10,158 nucleotides of DNA from Promethearchaeati archaeon (GTDB lineage Archaea; Asgardarchaeota; Heimdallarchaeia; JABLTI01), in contig JABLTI010000098.1 of assembly GCA_013166835.1 (NCBI GenBank), positions 1-10,158 on the forward strand, in the 5' to 3' direction. Positions 7,447 through 10,158 of the stretch are shown one piece after another. Every line of letters starts with the position of its first letter. Within the stretch, counting starts at the first letter, position 1. Position numbers and translations under genes: made by a program. The notes beneath the pieces are model-generated. The model saw only the letters and a list, made by a program, of their open reading frames with translations, was not told the origin of the DNA and ran no database searches.

Positions 7447-8124
7447 ATGAGCAAGAAAGAATTAGAGAAAAAAGAATTACTCTATAGTTATTGGGAGAAA
7501 CTACCCCTAGTTGTGAGTATTGATATTCCAAGTGAAGAAGTCTTAACTCATGAAGTCAGATCACTAATCATTTATTTCATTAGAAAAGGCAAGGAAGAGA
7601 AATGGGTTAACGGAACTAAGAGAATTCGCCATTCTTTCTCCGCCAAAGAACTCTTGGATATGGCTAATAAGAAGCTCGAAGAAAAAATGAAATTACAAAG
7701 CATGTATTTTCACATTCAAAAATTGCAAGATTTCGGATTATTGGATGTGGTAGCTACTCTACATGAAGGTAGACACAATATTGCTTATTTTGGTCGTACT
7801 GCTCGCGGATTCCTCTTTGAAAGCAAGAAAGAGAAAACCAAATATGATGATTATTTTGCAGAAGCAGGTCGTTTCGCTAAAGCACTGGATCCAAAAGTTT
7901 CTGAGGATCTATTCAAGGATTACTTGAAGGAATTTAAAGCAATTAATATCGAATCTGATAAACAAATGAAACAATGGTTGGAAGATAGAGCGGAGTTCAT
8001 AAATGAAAACCAAATTGATAGTGCTACGATGTATAGTTTCCTTCGGAGAATATATTATCACAGTCGCAAAATGACTGCTCTAATGGAAAACGTTGCTGAG
8101 CTTATTGGTTTGGATATAAAATAA
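7447..8124 (+). CDS. Winged helix-turn-helix transcriptional regulator (ArsR-like N-terminal half plus helical C-terminal domain)
   Basis: LTHEVRSLII...SAKEL...LQSMYFHIQKLQDFGLLDVV...HNIAYFGRTAR matches the ArsR-type wHTH pattern (HxxRxxIL; xxYxHLxxLxxxGLI; wing YYxRTA). Divergent from the AKR cluster. Start is ATG 7447 or GTG 7441. Confidence 0.82.
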   Translation: MSKKELEKKELLYSYWEKLPLVVSIDIPSEEVLTHEVRSLIIYFIRKGKEEKWVNGTKRIRHSFSAKELLDMANKKLEEKMKLQSMYFHIQKLQDFGLLDVVATLHEGRHNIAYFGRTARGFLFESKKEKTKYDDYFAEAGRFAKALDPKVSEDLFKDYLKEFKAINIESDKQMKQWLEDRAEFINENQIDSATMYSFLRRIYYHSRKMTALMENVAELIGLDIK

Positions 8125-8377
8125 ATGCTCAATATCTTCAGGGAATTCTTTTGTGATTTCCTCTCTACTAGTAGTCACGCCAGTTAATGTTATAACCATA
8201 CCAATCTCTCTGTTATTTTACAAAATAGTAATATCTTATTTGCTTTTTGACTGTTTCTCACATAAATTTCAACAACATTAAAGGCATTATTGAGTGCTTC
8301 AAATGCTATAGTTACTTTTAAAAAAAAGATACTCAAACTATACACGGATTAAATTAATACTTCTAGGAATGTAAAAA

Positions 8378-9862
8378 ATGAAGTTTGGAAAAGTAACTCC
8401 GGAGATAGTCAAGGAGTTAAAAGATGCAGTTGGCGATGACATCGTTTTCGATGAAAAGATTCATCGGATGGCTTATTCTCGAGATTGGTCTCCTCGAGAT
8501 GACAAGAATATTCATCTGCCAGATGTAGTTGTTCGGCCAAGAACTACGGAGCAAAGTGCAAAAATCGTTGAAATTGCTAATAAACACCGCATTCCAATTA
8601 CCCCAATGGGTGGCCTCACTGGCATGGGAGGTGGAGCCGTTCCAATCTATGGTGGTATTGCTTTTGATACAAAAGGTATGGATCAAGTTCTTGAAATTGA
8701 TGTTGACAATATGACTGCAACTGTTCAGGCTGGCATCACTCTTTGGGAATTGAATCAGGCAGTTAAAAAACACGGTTTATATCTTCCTCAAGAACCTGAA
8801 AGCAAGAAGGCAGTAACCGTTGGTTCTTCAATAACTTGTAATAATGATTCTGCTTTTGGCATCAGACATGGACGAATGATTGATCATCTTACTAATGCAG
8901 TTATTATTACCGGGGAAGGAAAAATCGTTCGAGCAGGTCGTAGAAAAGCCCTCTGTTCAAATTCTGGTTATCAGTTGAACTGGCTACTTGTTGGTTCTGA
9001 AGGGACACTAGGCATTATTGTTGAAGCAACTGTGAAACTCATACCAATCATGAAGACTCGAATGGTTGACATGGTTGTATTCCCCTCACTTGATGATTCT
9101 ATGAATGCCATTCGTGATATAATGCATTCTGGACTTGCATTGGAGTCAGCCCACATTAATTGTGAGAAGCGATTAGGTTTTTACACCCATTCTTATCGTG
9201 AAAAACATGGTAAGGAACCTGATATTCCTGATTGGGCAGAAGCATTACTTGGGATTTCATTTTCCAGTATGGAAGATCATGATAAAGTAGTAAAATTCTC
9301 TCGAGATTATGCTCTTGAAATCTGTGCCAGACATAAGGGTCAAGCTGTGCAAGAAGTTGAACTCACAGATGGTTGGTGGGCTTCAAAGTATACTGTAGAC
9401 TTTACTCCTTTCAGGCAGAAGTGGCCTGATTCTCAAAGGGAAAAGAAGTTTGGTGCTGTTGATTGTGGTATTCCTATTGGTAAAATCGAGGAAGCTTACA
9501 AATCATTCCTAGAAATCGCTGGAAAATATAACCAGCAAATCCTCGGTATGTGTGTATATCACGAACGACCAAACAGATTAAGCCCAAGTATTAGTTTTGC
9601 TGTTTTCGTTGATGATAAAGACCCTGAAAACGTGCAAGGATTCTACAGCTATGTCCGTGAAATGAGCGAAGTTGCTATTGAACTTGAAGGCACTTCTGCA
9701 ACTTACATCGGTGATTCAGAATTCAAAACACCATGGATAGGCGAGTTAGAACACCAAGAAGCCTATGAATACATGTTCAATATCAAGAAAGTGTTTGATC
9801 CAAACGGTATCATGAATCCTGGCAAGAAATTCCCCATAAAAATGTTCGGGTACGAGGACTGA
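8378..9862 (+). CDS. FAD-binding oxidoreductase, GlcD/D-lactate dehydrogenase (FAD_binding_4 + FAD-oxidase_C) superfamily, divergent
   Basis: Motifs PDVVVRPRTTEQ, GGLTGMGGGAVP, ATVQAGI, SGYQLNWLLVGSEGTLGII and C-terminal IKKVFDPNGIMNPGK. AGGA upstream of the ATG. Confidence 0.92.
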   Translation: MKFGKVTPEIVKELKDAVGDDIVFDEKIHRMAYSRDWSPRDDKNIHLPDVVVRPRTTEQSAKIVEIANKHRIPITPMGGLTGMGGGAVPIYGGIAFDTKGMDQVLEIDVDNMTATVQAGITLWELNQAVKKHGLYLPQEPESKKAVTVGSSITCNNDSAFGIRHGRMIDHLTNAVIITGEGKIVRAGRRKALCSNSGYQLNWLLVGSEGTLGIIVEATVKLIPIMKTRMVDMVVFPSLDDSMNAIRDIMHSGLALESAHINCEKRLGFYTHSYREKHGKEPDIPDWAEALLGISFSSMEDHDKVVKFSRDYALEICARHKGQAVQEVELTDGWWASKYTVDFTPFRQKWPDSQREKKFGAVDCGIPIGKIEEAYKSFLEIAGKYNQQILGMCVYHERPNRLSPSISFAVFVDDKDPENVQGFYSYVREMSEVAIELEGTSATYIGDSEFKTPWIGELEHQEAYEYMFNIKKVFDPNGIMNPGKKFPIKMFGYED

Positions 9863-9868
9863 TTAAAT

Positions 9869-10158
9869 ATGGATTTAGAAAAAACAAAGAAACATATAGA
9901 TGAAATTTATACTTGTAATCGAACCCGTTGCGGTTTCTGTATTCAAAAATGCCCAGTTTATGAAGTTACAAGCTTAGAAACATACTCCTCTCGAGGAAGA
10001 AATCTGGTTGCTCGAGGTATTATCGAAGGCTCAGTTGAAGTAGACGAGGAAGTCCTTAAACTTGCTAATACTTGTTTACTCTGTGGTTACTGTGAGAAGA
10101 ATTGTGCTCTTGACAATACTCAAATTTTTAGAGACTTTAAAGCAGATCTTGTTGAATC
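9869..10158 (+). CDS. (Fe-S)-binding protein, GlcF/HdrD-like N-terminal 2x[4Fe-4S] domain, 3'-partial
   Basis: Not in the ORF track. ATG at 9869, 6 nt after the upstream stop, gives MDLEKTKKHIDEIYTCNRTRCGFCIQKCPVYEVTSLETYSSRGRNLVARG...NTCLLCGYCEKNCALD. It has two ferredoxin-like Cys clusters with the GlcF-type SxRGR linker and stays open to the window edge. Confidence 0.9.
   Translation, partial: MDLEKTKKHIDEIYTCNRTRCGFCIQKCPVYEVTSLETYSSRGRNLVARGIIEGSVEVDEEVLKLANTCLLCGYCEKNCALDNTQIFRDFKADLVE

Noticed and set aside
7307-7531. 74-aa minus-strand ORF
   Set aside because: It spans the promoter and operators and is antisense to the regulator's start, with no protein-like features.
8284-8327. Imperfect dyad GCATTATTGAG-TG-CTTCAAATGC and TTTTAAAA upstream of the FAD oxidoreductase
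   Set aside because: It needs bulges, does not match TTCAA-N7-TTGAA, and such matches are expected by chance in AT-rich DNA.
8417-9156. Short ORFs of 118 aa (-), 61 aa (+) and 61 aa (-)
   Set aside because: All are nested in or antisense to the FAD oxidoreductase and are likely spurious.

Overview
AT-rich, archaeal-looking housekeeping/metabolic region (BRE/TATA-like promoters, GGTG/GGAG ribosome-binding sites, large TPR paralogues and an ArsR-like wHTH; an Asgard/Heimdallarchaeia-like origin is my inference, not shown). On the minus strand, four tightly linked aldo-keto reductases form two paralogue pairs: two AKR11/IolS-like and two Kv-beta/AKR6-like. They are followed by two paralogous TPR proteins; the second is missing from the ORF track and runs off the left edge. 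A winged-helix regulator is divergently encoded on the plus strand. The ~140-bp divergent spacer is the most structured feature: three TTCAA-N7-TTGAA palindromes (two are perfect, abutting 25-bp ACCATTCAA-N7-TTGAATGGT boxes) next to a symmetric BRE-TATA-BRE element. Downstream on the plus strand are a GlcD/D-lactate dehydrogenase-family FAD oxidoreductase lacking the usual His/His/Glu motifs and a partial GlcF/HdrD-like 2x[4Fe-4S] protein, also missing from the ORF track. I found no mobile element, CRISPR array or RNA gene.
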